NCBI GenBank assembly: GCA_964467225.1
Contig: CAYXPQ010000002.1
Location: 7,901-71,900 of the forward strand
Origin: an uncultured Candidatus Saccharibacteria bacterium
Lineage (GTDB): Bacteria > Patescibacteriota > Minisyncoccia > Phycocordibacterales > PALSA-1337
Direction: 5' to 3'
DNA: 64,000 nucleotides
Below the pieces are notes generated by a model. That model did not search any database, was not told the origin of the DNA, and saw nothing but the letters and a program-made list of their open reading frames with translations. The translations under genes were made by a program, and so were the position numbers. Below are positions 8,571 to 18,396 of the stretch, piece after piece; the stretch's first letter is position 1; each line of letters begins with the position of its first letter.

Positions 8571-8667
8571 TCCTACTTCTTCCCACTTGCATACCATTTT
8601 ATCCCACTTCATTTAACTTTGCAAACAAAGTTATCCACTTTTTTACATAAAAAAATAAAATCCCACT
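8571..8667 (-). promoter_or_regulatory. Putative MraZ operator: direct repeats AGTGGGA x4-5 upstream of mraZ
   Basis: The plus strand carries TCCCACT at 8581, 8602 and 8661, plus TCCACT at 8634 and TCCTACT at 8571, spaced roughly by helical-turn multiples and lying 43-140 bp upstream of the mraZ start. This resembles known MraZ GTGGG-type repeat operators. Confidence 0.45.
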
Positions 8668-8708
8668 ATCTTATTTAGTGGAATTCTATTTCTTAGGATT
8701 TTGGAGAT

Positions 8709-9062
8709 TTAAGCGAAGGCTTCTTTCTCTAATTTAGTAATTCTAAACTTATGATCTTGAAGAATTGGTAGAATTTCTTGTTTTGTTACCATATTGTTAT
8801 TTATTTCAGCAACATTCAAGTTGATTTGAGTAATACTTAACTTAACTCCTGCCAAATCAAGCTTAATCTCAGAAATTTCCTCTCTTACATTACCAAATTC
8901 TTCATATACCTTCTTGAAGCTATTTGCTGTCATCACTGCTAAACCCTCAATCTCTTTTTCAATGTGAACTTCTAATGAATTAAATCTATTATCTACATGA
9001 TCCTTGAAATCTTTAAGATCATTTCTTAGGCTCATAATGTACTTTGGTTCCGTTTCATCCAT
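8709..9062 (-). CDS. Coiled-coil hypothetical protein; paralog of the 41108..41617 protein (shared C-terminus DHKxRIxxLEKxxFA)
   Basis: 117 aa and helical. Its C-terminal LQDHKFRITKLEKEAFA matches LNDHKARIVELEKVVFAI of the 41108..41617 product. Confidence 0.4.
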   Translation of the reverse strand: MDETEPKYIMSLRNDLKDFKDHVDNRFNSLEVHIEKEIEGLAVMTANSFKKVYEEFGNVREEISEIKLDLAGVKLSITQINLNVAEINNNMVTKQEILPILQDHKFRITKLEKEAFA

Positions 9063-9198
9063 ATTTTTTGTTTTTTAAAAATAATAATTTTCACGTAACA
9101 TTTGGGTACGAATGTTAATGTAATTATAAATTATATTATCTCGAATACAAGATAAAATAGCATCAAGAAATGAATTTGATTTGACGTAAATAGATAGA

Positions 9199-10653
9199 TT
9201 ATTTCTTCGGTCTCATTAGCGGAAACATCTGTAATTCTCTTAGAGGCTTGTCTGCAAGAAAGGCAAATAAGCGCTCACCAAAACCAAAACCACAAGTAGG
9301 AGGCATGCCATGCTCTAGCATCTCTACGAACTCTTCATCTGCCATCATAGCTTCTGTATCTCCAGAATCTATTAGTTTTTGTTGATTATCGAATCTTTGT
9401 TTCTGATCTATGGGATCATTTAACTCAGAATATCCTCTACCTTGTTCACTACCAGCGATTATTGGTTGAAACATTTGAACTATACCTTTGTTCTCAACGC
9501 TTTTAGCCAAAGGTGCAACTAAAACAGGATGATTGATGAGGAAAGCTGGGCCAGATATATTCTTTCTACAATATTTCCAAAGCGAATCTGTAAGTCTTTC
9601 TTTATTCTGACCTTCATAATTTACCTTTAAATCTTGCAACTTATTCATCATATCTTCCTCAGTAGCAGTCAAAATATCTATACCTGTTTGTTTTTTTATT
9701 TCTTCAGCATAATCTATCTTTGTCCATTCATCAGCCAAATCAAAAGTGTGACCTCTAGTAGTAAATTTTGTAGTGCCGAATACTTCTTTTGCAATTTTGA
9801 TATACATTTCTCTCACAAGCTCCATACCATCATTGTAATCAGCAAAAGACCAATAGAATTCCATATTTGTAAATTCTTGTGCATGTTCGGGACTTGAACC
9901 TTCATTTCGATATATTCTTCCTATTTCAAATGTCTTAGGGAATCCCGCAGACATAAGTCTCTTCTGCCATAATTCTCCAACTGAAATTCTTAGATAAACA
10001 TCTAGATCATAATCATTATGATGAGTCTTGAATGGAGTTGCCTCGGCTCCCCCTGTAGTAACTTCAAGAGTAGGTGTTTCAACTTCTAGGAATCCATTAT
10101 CCTTTAGGAAATTTCTAGTAACATCCCAGAATTTAGCTTTTTTGATAAATAAATCTCTAAGCTCATCATTCATCAAAATATCCAAATATCTCTTTCGATA
10201 CCTCTCATCATCATCTTTAATACCATGCCATTTCTCTGGTAATGGAAGTATAGATTTTGTAGCTATTGTCCAAGATTTCACCAATAAGCTTTGCTCTCCC
10301 CTCTGTGTATTAAAGAAGGTTCCCGTTACAGAAATAAAATCCCCAATATCAACAGCATCATTAAAAAGATTAAATAACTTCTCTTCTATTTCATCCTTTT
10401 TAAAAACAGCTTGGAATTTAGCTTTGCCATCATATAAAACAATAAATTGAATTGCACCTTGACCTCTTATGGCCATTATTCTTCCAGCAAGTGAGACTTC
10501 TTTATTTTCATTCTCATACTCAGAAAAATTAGCTTTAGCATCAGCCAAACAGAAAGTACGAGGAACCTTGCTTGGATAAGGATTCATTCCATACTTTTTT
10601 AATATTTCTAATTTAGCTAATCTAGTTGATCTTAGCTCTTCTATTGAAGCCAT
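9199..10653 (-). CDS. lysS: Lysyl-tRNA synthetase (class II)
   Basis: 484 aa with an OB anticodon-binding domain and class II motifs (FEIGRIYRNEG). Confidence 0.9.
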   Translation of the reverse strand: MASIEELRSTRLAKLEILKKYGMNPYPSKVPRTFCLADAKANFSEYENENKEVSLAGRIMAIRGQGAIQFIVLYDGKAKFQAVFKKDEIEEKLFNLFNDAVDIGDFISVTGTFFNTQRGEQSLLVKSWTIATKSILPLPEKWHGIKDDDERYRKRYLDILMNDELRDLFIKKAKFWDVTRNFLKDNGFLEVETPTLEVTTGGAEATPFKTHHNDYDLDVYLRISVGELWQKRLMSAGFPKTFEIGRIYRNEGSSPEHAQEFTNMEFYWSFADYNDGMELVREMYIKIAKEVFGTTKFTTRGHTFDLADEWTKIDYAEEIKKQTGIDILTATEEDMMNKLQDLKVNYEGQNKERLTDSLWKYCRKNISGPAFLINHPVLVAPLAKSVENKGIVQMFQPIIAGSEQGRGYSELNDPIDQKQRFDNQQKLIDSGDTEAMMADEEFVEMLEHGMPPTCGFGFGERLFAFLADKPLRELQMFPLMRPKK

Positions 10654-10673
10654 ATACTAATATGATAGCACAA

Positions 10674-11138
10674 TTACTCTACGGATATAAGTTTGTAATT
10701 AATCTTACCTTTTGGAGTATTAACTGCGATAGTATCACCTTTTTTTCTACCAATAAGAGATGAGCCAAGGGGTGAAATATTTGATATCTTGCCTGTAGTC
10801 ATATCTGACTCTTCTGAACCAACAATTGTATAAATTCTTGTATCTTTCTCTCCTTCCTTTTGTATTCCAACTTTTGAACCAATATTTACCAATTCACCAC
10901 CTTGTCCTGCAACTATTACTGCGCTCTTTATTAAGTTCTCTAAATGATTTATTCTATCTTCAACTTCAGCCTGGGCTTGTCTAGCCTCATGGTATTCTGC
11001 ATTCTCAGAAAGGTCTCCTAACTTCTTGGCATATTCTAGACTTTCAGCGACTTGTTTTCTCTTTTCGGTTTTTAAAAAATCTAATTCTTCTTTAAATTCA
11101 GACATCTTCTCGCTTGTTAGATATTTTACATCACTCAT
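10674..11138 (-). CDS. greA: Transcription elongation factor GreA
   Basis: 154 aa with the GreA N-terminal coiled coil and C-terminal FKBP-like domain. Confidence 0.9.
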   Translation of the reverse strand: MSDVKYLTSEKMSEFKEELDFLKTEKRKQVAESLEYAKKLGDLSENAEYHEARQAQAEVEDRINHLENLIKSAVIVAGQGGELVNIGSKVGIQKEGEKDTRIYTIVGSEESDMTTGKISNISPLGSSLIGRKKGDTIAVNTPKGKINYKLISVE

Positions 11139-11233
11139 GCTTTTATGTTGATTGATTTAATTATAAGGATTATATAATACCTTAAATAACATCAATAGTA
11201 AAGAAATATTGAAAGATCGAATTTAGTAAACTA

Positions 11234-12916
11234 CTATCTAAAATATTCAGGAGTGTTTACATTCATCCAATCCAATAACTCCCGCATTGCAGATCCAGCT
11301 CCAATGAGATTATGGACTGAACCTTTTTCTAAAAGAATAGCAAAGACATACTTGGGATTATCATATGGGAAATAGCCAGTCATCCATGAATTCACTTTTT
11401 CTTTTGTTATACCTAGTTCTGCAGTACCAGATTTTGTGGCAATTTTGACATATGGTAGATTTAATGATTGTCCCGTACCTTCTGTTACACCCATTCTCAT
11501 TCCCTCCTTTACAATTGCAAAATGCTCACTTGAAATATCAGCATAGCCATATATTGGACCAGGTACTCCTTTCACAATACTTGGATCTCTAATTAAACCA
11601 TTATTCACCACACCAGATAATGCCCTGACAACCTGTATTGGTGAAACTTGAAAACCATATTGACCTATTGAAGTATGGTATGTATTACCTAGAGTCCATG
11701 CTTCTCCCTTAAACTGGATCTTTTTCCATTCTGGAGACGGAATAACACCAGATAATCCAGTAAAGAAAGAATTTTCAATCTTACTTCCAAAACCAAACAT
11801 TTGCATATATTTATCAATTCTTGAGATTCCTAACCCCTTTTGGTCTTTATAGCCTCCACCAATTGCGTAGAAATAAACATCGGAGGAAACAGCTAATGCT
11901 TTTCTCATATCAGTATATCCATGTGCTTTCCAATCTCTAAAGATTGTTTTAAGATCTGGATAATATTGATTTTGAATTGAAATGGAACCTGTACTCAGTA
12001 TCTGTTTTTTAGGATCAATTATCTTTTCATTTAAAGCTGCCAAAGCCATAAAGGGTTTGGTAATAGATCCAGGAGTATATAAGCCATCCACAGCCCTATC
12101 TAGAAATGGCTTATCTTTACTGGTAAGATATTCTCTAACTTTTTTTACATCAGTTTTAGATGACATAATCTCTGAATCATACTCTGGATAACTTGTCATG
12201 GATATCACTTCACCAGTCCTAATATCCATCATTACACCAGCACCTCCTTCAAATCCTACTTTCTCTGAAATATCTTTCAGAGCCTTATACATTTCGGTTT
12301 GAATTCTCGAATCAATGGATAAATAAATATTCTGTCCTTCAACCGGTGGTAGTATAGTATTTTCTGATTGAACTTTACCTCTTGCATCAACCTCTATTAG
12401 TCTAGTTCCATTTTTGCCTTGCAATTCTTTGTTGAAATATTTCTCAACACCATCTACTCCCTCAAAGTCTTCTCTATAATAAAATCCAGCACTATCTTTA
12501 GATGGATATTGCACATAACCAACAACATGTGCTAATCCTAAATCTCCTTTATATCTTCTATTGGCAATTTCTGAATCCTCACTTGGTGAATTCCACGCCA
12601 GTTCTACTCCATTCCTATCATATATAACTCCTCTAGCAGCAAAGATTGGTATATGTCTTAATCTATTGTTTTCACTTCTATTTTTGTAAAGTTGACCGTT
12701 AGCTATTTGAAGATTCCAAATTTTAGTACCATAAACAATAAGAATAGCGACAAAAAAAGAGAATAGGATAACTAATGATAGTTTTGATATTGGCTTATCG
12801 AGCCGGCCCTCAAATTGTTGAATATCAAATTGTGGTAGATTCTGAGAGTCCAAAAATATTTCATCTGGATCAATTTCGTTATTAACTTTTTTTCTGGATT
12901 TAAGATTCATATACAA
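11234..12916 (-). CDS. mrdA: Penicillin-binding protein 2 (elongasome transpeptidase)
   Basis: 560 aa with an N-terminal TM, the motifs SITKPF and KSGTA, and a position directly downstream of mreBCD. Confidence 0.85.
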   Translation of the reverse strand: MYMNLKSRKKVNNEIDPDEIFLDSQNLPQFDIQQFEGRLDKPISKLSLVILFSFFVAILIVYGTKIWNLQIANGQLYKNRSENNRLRHIPIFAARGVIYDRNGVELAWNSPSEDSEIANRRYKGDLGLAHVVGYVQYPSKDSAGFYYREDFEGVDGVEKYFNKELQGKNGTRLIEVDARGKVQSENTILPPVEGQNIYLSIDSRIQTEMYKALKDISEKVGFEGGAGVMMDIRTGEVISMTSYPEYDSEIMSSKTDVKKVREYLTSKDKPFLDRAVDGLYTPGSITKPFMALAALNEKIIDPKKQILSTGSISIQNQYYPDLKTIFRDWKAHGYTDMRKALAVSSDVYFYAIGGGYKDQKGLGISRIDKYMQMFGFGSKIENSFFTGLSGVIPSPEWKKIQFKGEAWTLGNTYHTSIGQYGFQVSPIQVVRALSGVVNNGLIRDPSIVKGVPGPIYGYADISSEHFAIVKEGMRMGVTEGTGQSLNLPYVKIATKSGTAELGITKEKVNSWMTGYFPYDNPKYVFAILLEKGSVHNLIGAGSAMRELLDWMNVNTPEYFR

Positions 12917-13163
12917 TTAAAAGCCTTTTTATAAATAAAGAAAAAATAAATATCAAAATAGAGAATATAGTAAAAATATATTTTATATTCCAAAATTCTG
13001 GTATCTGTAAACCATATAAAGAATCATATATTATACCCCAAACTATTATTTCATAATATACAGGGAAATAAAAAAGAAATAAAATTGCCATAATCCAAGT
13101 TAGCCACCAATAGCCAAATAGTATTGAGATGAATATTAGCAAGCCAAGTATAATTCTAATCAT
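12900..13163 (-). CDS. mreD: MreD-like small membrane protein
   Basis: 87 aa and very hydrophobic, located between mreC and mrdA. Confidence 0.45.
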   Translation of the reverse strand: MIRIILGLLIFISILFGYWWLTWIMAILFLFYFPVYYEIIVWGIIYDSLYGLQIPEFWNIKYIFTIFSILIFIFSLFIKRLLIVYES

Positions 13164-13172
13164 ATTGTATTT

Positions 13173-13910
13173 CTATTTCTCTAATGATACTAAAACCCAC
13201 TTCTGTTCATATATATTTATCGGCTGATAAAACATAACAGTTGAGAAAGCTCTAGCGGGGTCAATTATAATCTTCTCAACTCTACCAAAAACTGAATTAG
13301 TAATATCAGGAACAAGTATAGAGTCACCTTCGGTAACCCTTACATCGCGTGGCACTATCGATATATAAGTTCCTCCACCATTTCCTGTAGCAACTGCTTC
13401 TACATTATTCTCACCGATCAAGATATCGAATTTATTTCCATATGAAGAATACAAACTAACTTTAGAAGAAGTATTGTTCACCTCAGCAACTGTACCAATT
13501 AGTATATTACCAGAAGCATAAACTTTATCACCTATTTTCACCCCATTTTTATATCCAACATCAATAATATATGAATCATAGGCAGTGAATGGAGGTTTTT
13601 TTAGGACATATGCAAGTAGTACATCTGTATTTTCTTTTCTATTCAAAATATTCTTTAATTCTATATTTTCCTTCTTTAATTCTGCAATAATAGCATTTTG
13701 AGTCTCTGGCAGAAGAGTCGAAATACTCACTGAATTGTCCTTATTTACAGACCATAGAGGCTGCGCAATTATCATTAATATATTAGAAACTAAATTCGGA
13801 GATATAAAATACAATATAATTGAAATAACAATTACAATAATAACTACTCTGGATGGCATATTTATTCTATTTCTTTTTATACTACTTTTGAGTTCGTAAT
13901 TCATCCTCAT
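13173..13910 (-). CDS. mreC: Rod shape-determining protein MreC
   Basis: 245 aa with an N-terminal TM, a coiled coil and a beta-rich C-terminal domain, positioned after mreB. Confidence 0.7.
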   Translation of the reverse strand: MRMNYELKSSIKRNRINMPSRVVIIVIVISIILYFISPNLVSNILMIIAQPLWSVNKDNSVSISTLLPETQNAIIAELKKENIELKNILNRKENTDVLLAYVLKKPPFTAYDSYIIDVGYKNGVKIGDKVYASGNILIGTVAEVNNTSSKVSLYSSYGNKFDILIGENNVEAVATGNGGGTYISIVPRDVRVTEGDSILVPDITNSVFGRVEKIIIDPARAFSTVMFYQPINIYEQKWVLVSLEK

Positions 13911-14940
13911 TTTGAATTAATACATCATTAAATTTCTCTAAGTCCTCAAGGATCATTCCTGTACCACGTGCAATAGCAGTTAACGGATCCTCTGCTATAT
14001 ATACCGGCATCTTAAGAGTTTCTGACAGGAGAATATCAAGTCCTTTAATCAAAGCCCCTCCACCAACAAGATGTATACCTCTATTCATCACATCAGCTAA
14101 TATCTCTGGTGGAGTTGTTTCAAGCACTTCTTTTGCAGAACTTAATAGACTATCAATCGATGATGACATTGCTTCTCTAATATCAGAATCAGTAATAACA
14201 ACCTCTCTAGGTAATCCCGTAATAAGATCCCTACCTCGTATAGTTGTTTCTAATGACTCACCCTGTATTACTGCACCTACTGACATTTTAATATATTCTG
14301 CTGTCTTTTCACCAATAAGAATTTTAAATTCACTTCTTATATATGAAATAATATCATTGTTAAATTTATCACCTGCTATTTTTAGATTTTTAGACCTTAC
14401 AATACCACCTAGAGAAATAATTGCTATATCAGTTGTACCGCCACCAATATCAATAATCATACTTCCAACAGGTTCATGGATCGGAAGTCTTATACCAATA
14501 GCTCCTGCCATTGGTTCTTCTACGATATAAACCTCTCTGGCACCAGCATTTCTTGTAGCATCTCTAACTGCTCTTATTTCTACATTTGTAACGCCAGAAG
14601 GCACACCCACGACAACTCTAGGTCCAAGTAATTTCTTGGAATACATCTCTGCCTTTTTAACCAAATATGCAATCATCTCTTCTGTAACCTCAAAATCAGA
14701 AATAACACCATCAACAAGTGGTCTAAGAGCAACAATATGAGTTGGGGTTCTACCTAACATATTTTTAGCTTCAGTGCCTACCGCCACCACTCTTCCGGTC
14801 TTTTGGTTTACTGCTACTACAGATGGTTCGTTTACAACAATGCCATGACCACGAAGATACACCAAGGTATTCGCTGTACCGAGATCGATTCCAATATCAT
14901 TGGATAAGTATTTATAGATTTTTTCTTTGAATTCTTTCAT
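13882..14940 (-). CDS. mreB: Rod shape-determining actin homolog MreB
   Basis: 352 aa with actin-fold phosphate motifs (DLGTANT, GGGTTD). Confidence 0.9.
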   Translation of the reverse strand: MKEFKEKIYKYLSNDIGIDLGTANTLVYLRGHGIVVNEPSVVAVNQKTGRVVAVGTEAKNMLGRTPTHIVALRPLVDGVISDFEVTEEMIAYLVKKAEMYSKKLLGPRVVVGVPSGVTNVEIRAVRDATRNAGAREVYIVEEPMAGAIGIRLPIHEPVGSMIIDIGGGTTDIAIISLGGIVRSKNLKIAGDKFNNDIISYIRSEFKILIGEKTAEYIKMSVGAVIQGESLETTIRGRDLITGLPREVVITDSDIREAMSSSIDSLLSSAKEVLETTPPEILADVMNRGIHLVGGGALIKGLDILLSETLKMPVYIAEDPLTAIARGTGMILEDLEKFNDVLIQNEDELRTQK

Positions 14941-16162
14941 ATAGTTTCGGTATTTCTATCATTTCAATTTTGCCAGTAGATCTCTCCTTCAGTTCAACTG
15001 AATTTGATTTTAGAGTCTTATCACTAATAACTATTCTAAATGGAATTCCAATCAAATCACTATCAGCAAATTTCTCTCCCGCCCTTACATCTCTATCATC
15101 ATACAAAACTTCAATTCCATTATCCTTGAGGTCATTGTAAATTTTTTCTGCTTTATCTGCAATGTCTCCTATTGAAATCAAATGACAATCAAATGGAGCA
15201 ATGCTTCTTGGCCATACCAAACCATCTTTATCGGATAATACTTCTGCCACAGTTCCCATAACTCTTCCTGGACCGATACCATAACTACCCATTATCACCG
15301 TCTTCTTATTACCGTCCTTATCAATATAATTAAGTTCAAAAGGATCAGAGTACTTAGTTCCCAAATTAAATATATTTCCAACCTCAACTGCTTTCTTTTC
15401 AATTAATTTATTTCTATCCACTCCTAATTCTTTAAGAATATCATCTTGCATTACCTCTTTGTTAATAGCTATTTTTTTGTCTTCATCGATAAAAATTATG
15501 TCTTCACCTGCATCAGTTATAGTTTGAAACTCGTGAGAGAATTTAGAAAAAGTACCTCCATTTGAAAAAGTCATGTATGTCTTATTTCCTAGTCCAACTC
15601 TTTCAAATATATTCATATATGCTTTTTGAGATTTCTTGTAGAATTCATCATGAGAAGCTTGATCAAGTGAGAATGAGTATAAATCTTTCATTATAAATTC
15701 TCTACATCTCATTATTCCACTTTTTGCTCTTGTTTCATTTCTAAATTTAGTTTGGAATTGATAGACATATCTTGGTAGATCTCTGTATGAAGCTATATAG
15801 TCTTTCATCAATGGACTGACCTGTTCTTCATGCGTAGATCCAAGTCCTAGTTCAGTGCCATTTTTTAATTGAGTCTTAAACCAAACATCTAGAATATTAT
15901 CATCCCAACGATTAGTCTTCTCCCAATTACTCTTATCTTGTAATGTGGTCATACTAATCTCTTGTCCTCCTATAGCATTCATCTCCTCCCGAATAATATT
16001 TATAATATTATTTATTACTCTTAGTCCCAAAGGCAAATATGAATACACACCAGACATCTCTTTGTGAATAAATCCAGCACGAATTAGTAATTGTGCATTC
16101 TTTGATACTTCATCCTTTGGTGCATCCTTGCGAGTCTTTGTAAAAAGTAATGATTGCTTCAT
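14912..16162 (-). CDS. proS: Prolyl-tRNA synthetase (short form)
   Basis: 416 aa with a class II core and a C-terminal anticodon-binding domain. The N-terminus QLLIRAGFIHK...GVYSYLPLG is typical of ProRS. Confidence 0.85.
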   Translation of the reverse strand: MKQSLLFTKTRKDAPKDEVSKNAQLLIRAGFIHKEMSGVYSYLPLGLRVINNIINIIREEMNAIGGQEISMTTLQDKSNWEKTNRWDDNILDVWFKTQLKNGTELGLGSTHEEQVSPLMKDYIASYRDLPRYVYQFQTKFRNETRAKSGIMRCREFIMKDLYSFSLDQASHDEFYKKSQKAYMNIFERVGLGNKTYMTFSNGGTFSKFSHEFQTITDAGEDIIFIDEDKKIAINKEVMQDDILKELGVDRNKLIEKKAVEVGNIFNLGTKYSDPFELNYIDKDGNKKTVIMGSYGIGPGRVMGTVAEVLSDKDGLVWPRSIAPFDCHLISIGDIADKAEKIYNDLKDNGIEVLYDDRDVRAGEKFADSDLIGIPFRIVISDKTLKSNSVELKERSTGKIEMIEIPKLYERIQRKNL

Positions 16163-16239
16163 ATAATCCTAATAATACTAGAAAATAAAGAAAAAGCCAC
16201 TCTTTACGAATGACTTTTCCTTTGACCTATCTATATTAT

Positions 16240-16440
16240 TTATACTTTTGAAACACCTGTAGCTGCCGGACCCTTTGGTCCATCAACTATCTCAAAGCTA
16301 ACAGTATCCCCTTCCTTCAATTCGTCAAAAGTTACTCCCTTTAACTCCTTTGAATGGAAAAAAAGATCCTTTGCCTCACCTTCTCGAGAAATGAAACCGA
16401 ATCCCTTTTCTCGCAATATTGTCTTTATTGTTCCTGTCAT
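16240..16440 (-). CDS. cspA: Cold-shock protein (CspA family)
   Basis: 66 aa carrying the RNP motifs KGFGFI and FFH. Confidence 0.9.
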   Translation of the reverse strand: MTGTIKTILREKGFGFISREGEAKDLFFHSKELKGVTFDELKEGDTVSFEIVDGPKGPAATGVSKV

Positions 16441-16631
16441 GTGATTTTTTATTTAATTAATATGTTCACGCCTAGAAACTCGACTCGGTTTCTTGTTCAA
16501 AACCTCATTAATTATATCCAATTAAGAAAAATACGCAATAACTCCAATATTATTTTAAATATACCCCTCAATTTGTCTAGTAAATATTTTAATGATATAA
16601 ATAAATGCAGAAATTTTGAAATTGAGATGTT

Positions 16632-17003
16632 ATGAAAATCATAATTAATACTCGGGAATTGGAGACTGCATGTGGTGTTCTGACAGAACAAGGAAGAATT
16701 CTGTCTAGCTTCATTGATGAGATCGCATGCATACTAAGTAATTGTTTTGCCAGTGAGGATTATATTGATCTACCTGATGGATTAAGATTCCAAAATCAAC
16801 CACCAAACAATTACAAATTAACATGTGATGCTGATAATATATGCATCACTAAGAACAGAAAGACTCTTAGAGAATTAAGGTACTTCTGTAGACTACTTCA
16901 TGATCGCTGGCTGGATAGACTTGTTGGACAAATAGATTCATCAGCGAGCGAGCTTAAGATTCCAATGAATTTGGATAAAATCCCAGAAAGCTTTGCCGAC
17001 TAG
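16632..17003 (+). CDS. Hypothetical Cys-containing protein
   Basis: 123-aa ORF followed by a strong bidirectional terminator. No family recognised. Confidence 0.4.
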   Translation: MKIIINTRELETACGVLTEQGRILSSFIDEIACILSNCFASEDYIDLPDGLRFQNQPPNNYKLTCDADNICITKNRKTLRELRYFCRLLHDRWLDRLVGQIDSSASELKIPMNLDKIPESFAD

Positions 17004-17022
17004 ATCATGATTTCACTCATGA

Positions 17023-17050
17023 ATCACACATAAGACCCCAAAAGGGTCTT
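17023..17050. terminator. Bidirectional rho-independent terminator between convergent genes
   Basis: Hairpin AGACCC-CAAAA-GGGTCT followed by TTGTTTTATTT, with an A-run on the other side. Confidence 0.5.
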
Positions 17051-17054
17051 TGTT

Positions 17055-17927
17055 TTATTTCACAAACACCTCCCCTTTGAAATTATCTGACTTTCTAAAT
17101 GCACCATCTCTATACAAAATCAGATACTCAAAATCATAATCACCTTTTAATTTTTCTGGCTCAACAAAGAATAGACAAGTAGCCATCATATCGGAAACAA
17201 TAGTTTTCTTACTCATTACCCATGTTGCAATTATATTTGTTGGTGATGATAAAGTTCTGGGATTAATAATATGAGTGAAATTCTGCCATGCTCTTCTATT
17301 CCCTGCAGAACCACAAATACTGGATGATGAGTATAATTCACAGACACCTATCACTTCTTCTAAATTATTAGGACTTTCTAAACCTATTCTTATAAAATTC
17401 CCACCATTATAATAAATATCACCTCCAGCATCTATACAATAACTTGTATACCCCTTTTCTTCCAATAATTTAGAAATTATATCTACTAAATATCCCTTGC
17501 CTGCTGCTCCAAAATCAAGTAATACTGGCTTTTTGATTTTTAGTTTGGGTAATTTAAATTCAACAGTATCTTCCCAAGTAGGAGGCATAACTAATTCTCT
17601 CTTTCGTTGCAAGGTATATTGCGCATCATAACCTGCATCAGAGATTAGATTCCCGATAAGAGGGGTGACAAGTCCATTTGTCTTCAAATATATATCATAA
17701 TAAATTTCAAACAGATCCTTTGAATCTTCTGGCATATCATACTCACCTTCTTTTTGAGACATTAAAGTCACAAGTGAATCTGACCTGAATCTAGAATAGT
17801 GTTTATCAAATATATCGATGCGCTCTTTAATATTAGAAAAAAGCAAATCCTCATCAGATTTACTTAATTCTATATATATATCTATTTGCCAACCAGTACC
17901 AATAGCATCAAAGTTAAATTGTGCCAT
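17055..17927 (-). CDS. apbE: FAD:protein FMN transferase (ApbE family flavin transferase)
   Basis: 290 aa. The ApbE fold is indicated by LDFGAAGKGYLVD and a C-terminal Mg-site region. Confidence 0.75.
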   Translation of the reverse strand: MAQFNFDAIGTGWQIDIYIELSKSDEDLLFSNIKERIDIFDKHYSRFRSDSLVTLMSQKEGEYDMPEDSKDLFEIYYDIYLKTNGLVTPLIGNLISDAGYDAQYTLQRKRELVMPPTWEDTVEFKLPKLKIKKPVLLDFGAAGKGYLVDIISKLLEEKGYTSYCIDAGGDIYYNGGNFIRIGLESPNNLEEVIGVCELYSSSSICGSAGNRRAWQNFTHIINPRTLSSPTNIIATWVMSKKTIVSDMMATCLFFVEPEKLKGDYDFEYLILYRDGAFRKSDNFKGEVFVK

Positions 17928-17939
17928 TGAAGTAGTTAA

Positions 17940-18395
17940 TTATATTTTTGCTTGTTGTTTAATCTTAGAGATTGCATCATTAAATCCTATTGAAGTTAAT
18001 GATGAACCAGAAACTTTATCCAACCTTACTGAAGTGATAGATTTGCCAACTACCAGAGACTTATAATTATCTGTAAATTCTTTCATAAACTTCTTTGACA
18101 CGTCATCACCTGGCTTAGCGATAGCAGTTGTATCTGTAATAATATTATCCTTAAGCGTAACTGTCACATCGATATCATCCTTACCTCCTGGAGACATATA
18201 TGATCCTGTAGCACTATATATACCATCTTTGTAATTAGTATTAATACTGGTATCTTCTAGAGTTATTGTAGGTTGTTGTTGAGCAACAATATCATCATCA
18301 TCTTTACCAGCGAACACCGCCACAACTACAACTAAAACAACTATTAACAAACCGAAGATTAAACCTGTCTTTTTTGAATTATTTTGTGGTTCCAT
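17940..18395 (-). CDS. Membrane-anchored FMN-binding domain protein (likely ApbE flavinylation substrate)
   Basis: 151 aa with an N-terminal TM and an Asp-rich linker, followed by an FMN_bind-type domain (YKDGIYSATGSY...VSGSSLTS). Confidence 0.7.
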   Translation of the reverse strand: MEPQNNSKKTGLIFGLLIVVLVVVVAVFAGKDDDDIVAQQQPTITLEDTSINTNYKDGIYSATGSYMSPGGKDDIDVTVTLKDNIITDTTAIAKPGDDVSKKFMKEFTDNYKSLVVGKSITSVRLDKVSGSSLTSIGFNDAISKIKQQAKI

Positions 18396-18396
18396 T

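Noticed and set aside
16354-16635. 93-aa plus ORF spanning the csp gene and its upstream region
   Set aside because: It overlaps csp on the opposite strand and the AT-rich leader, with no coding signal.
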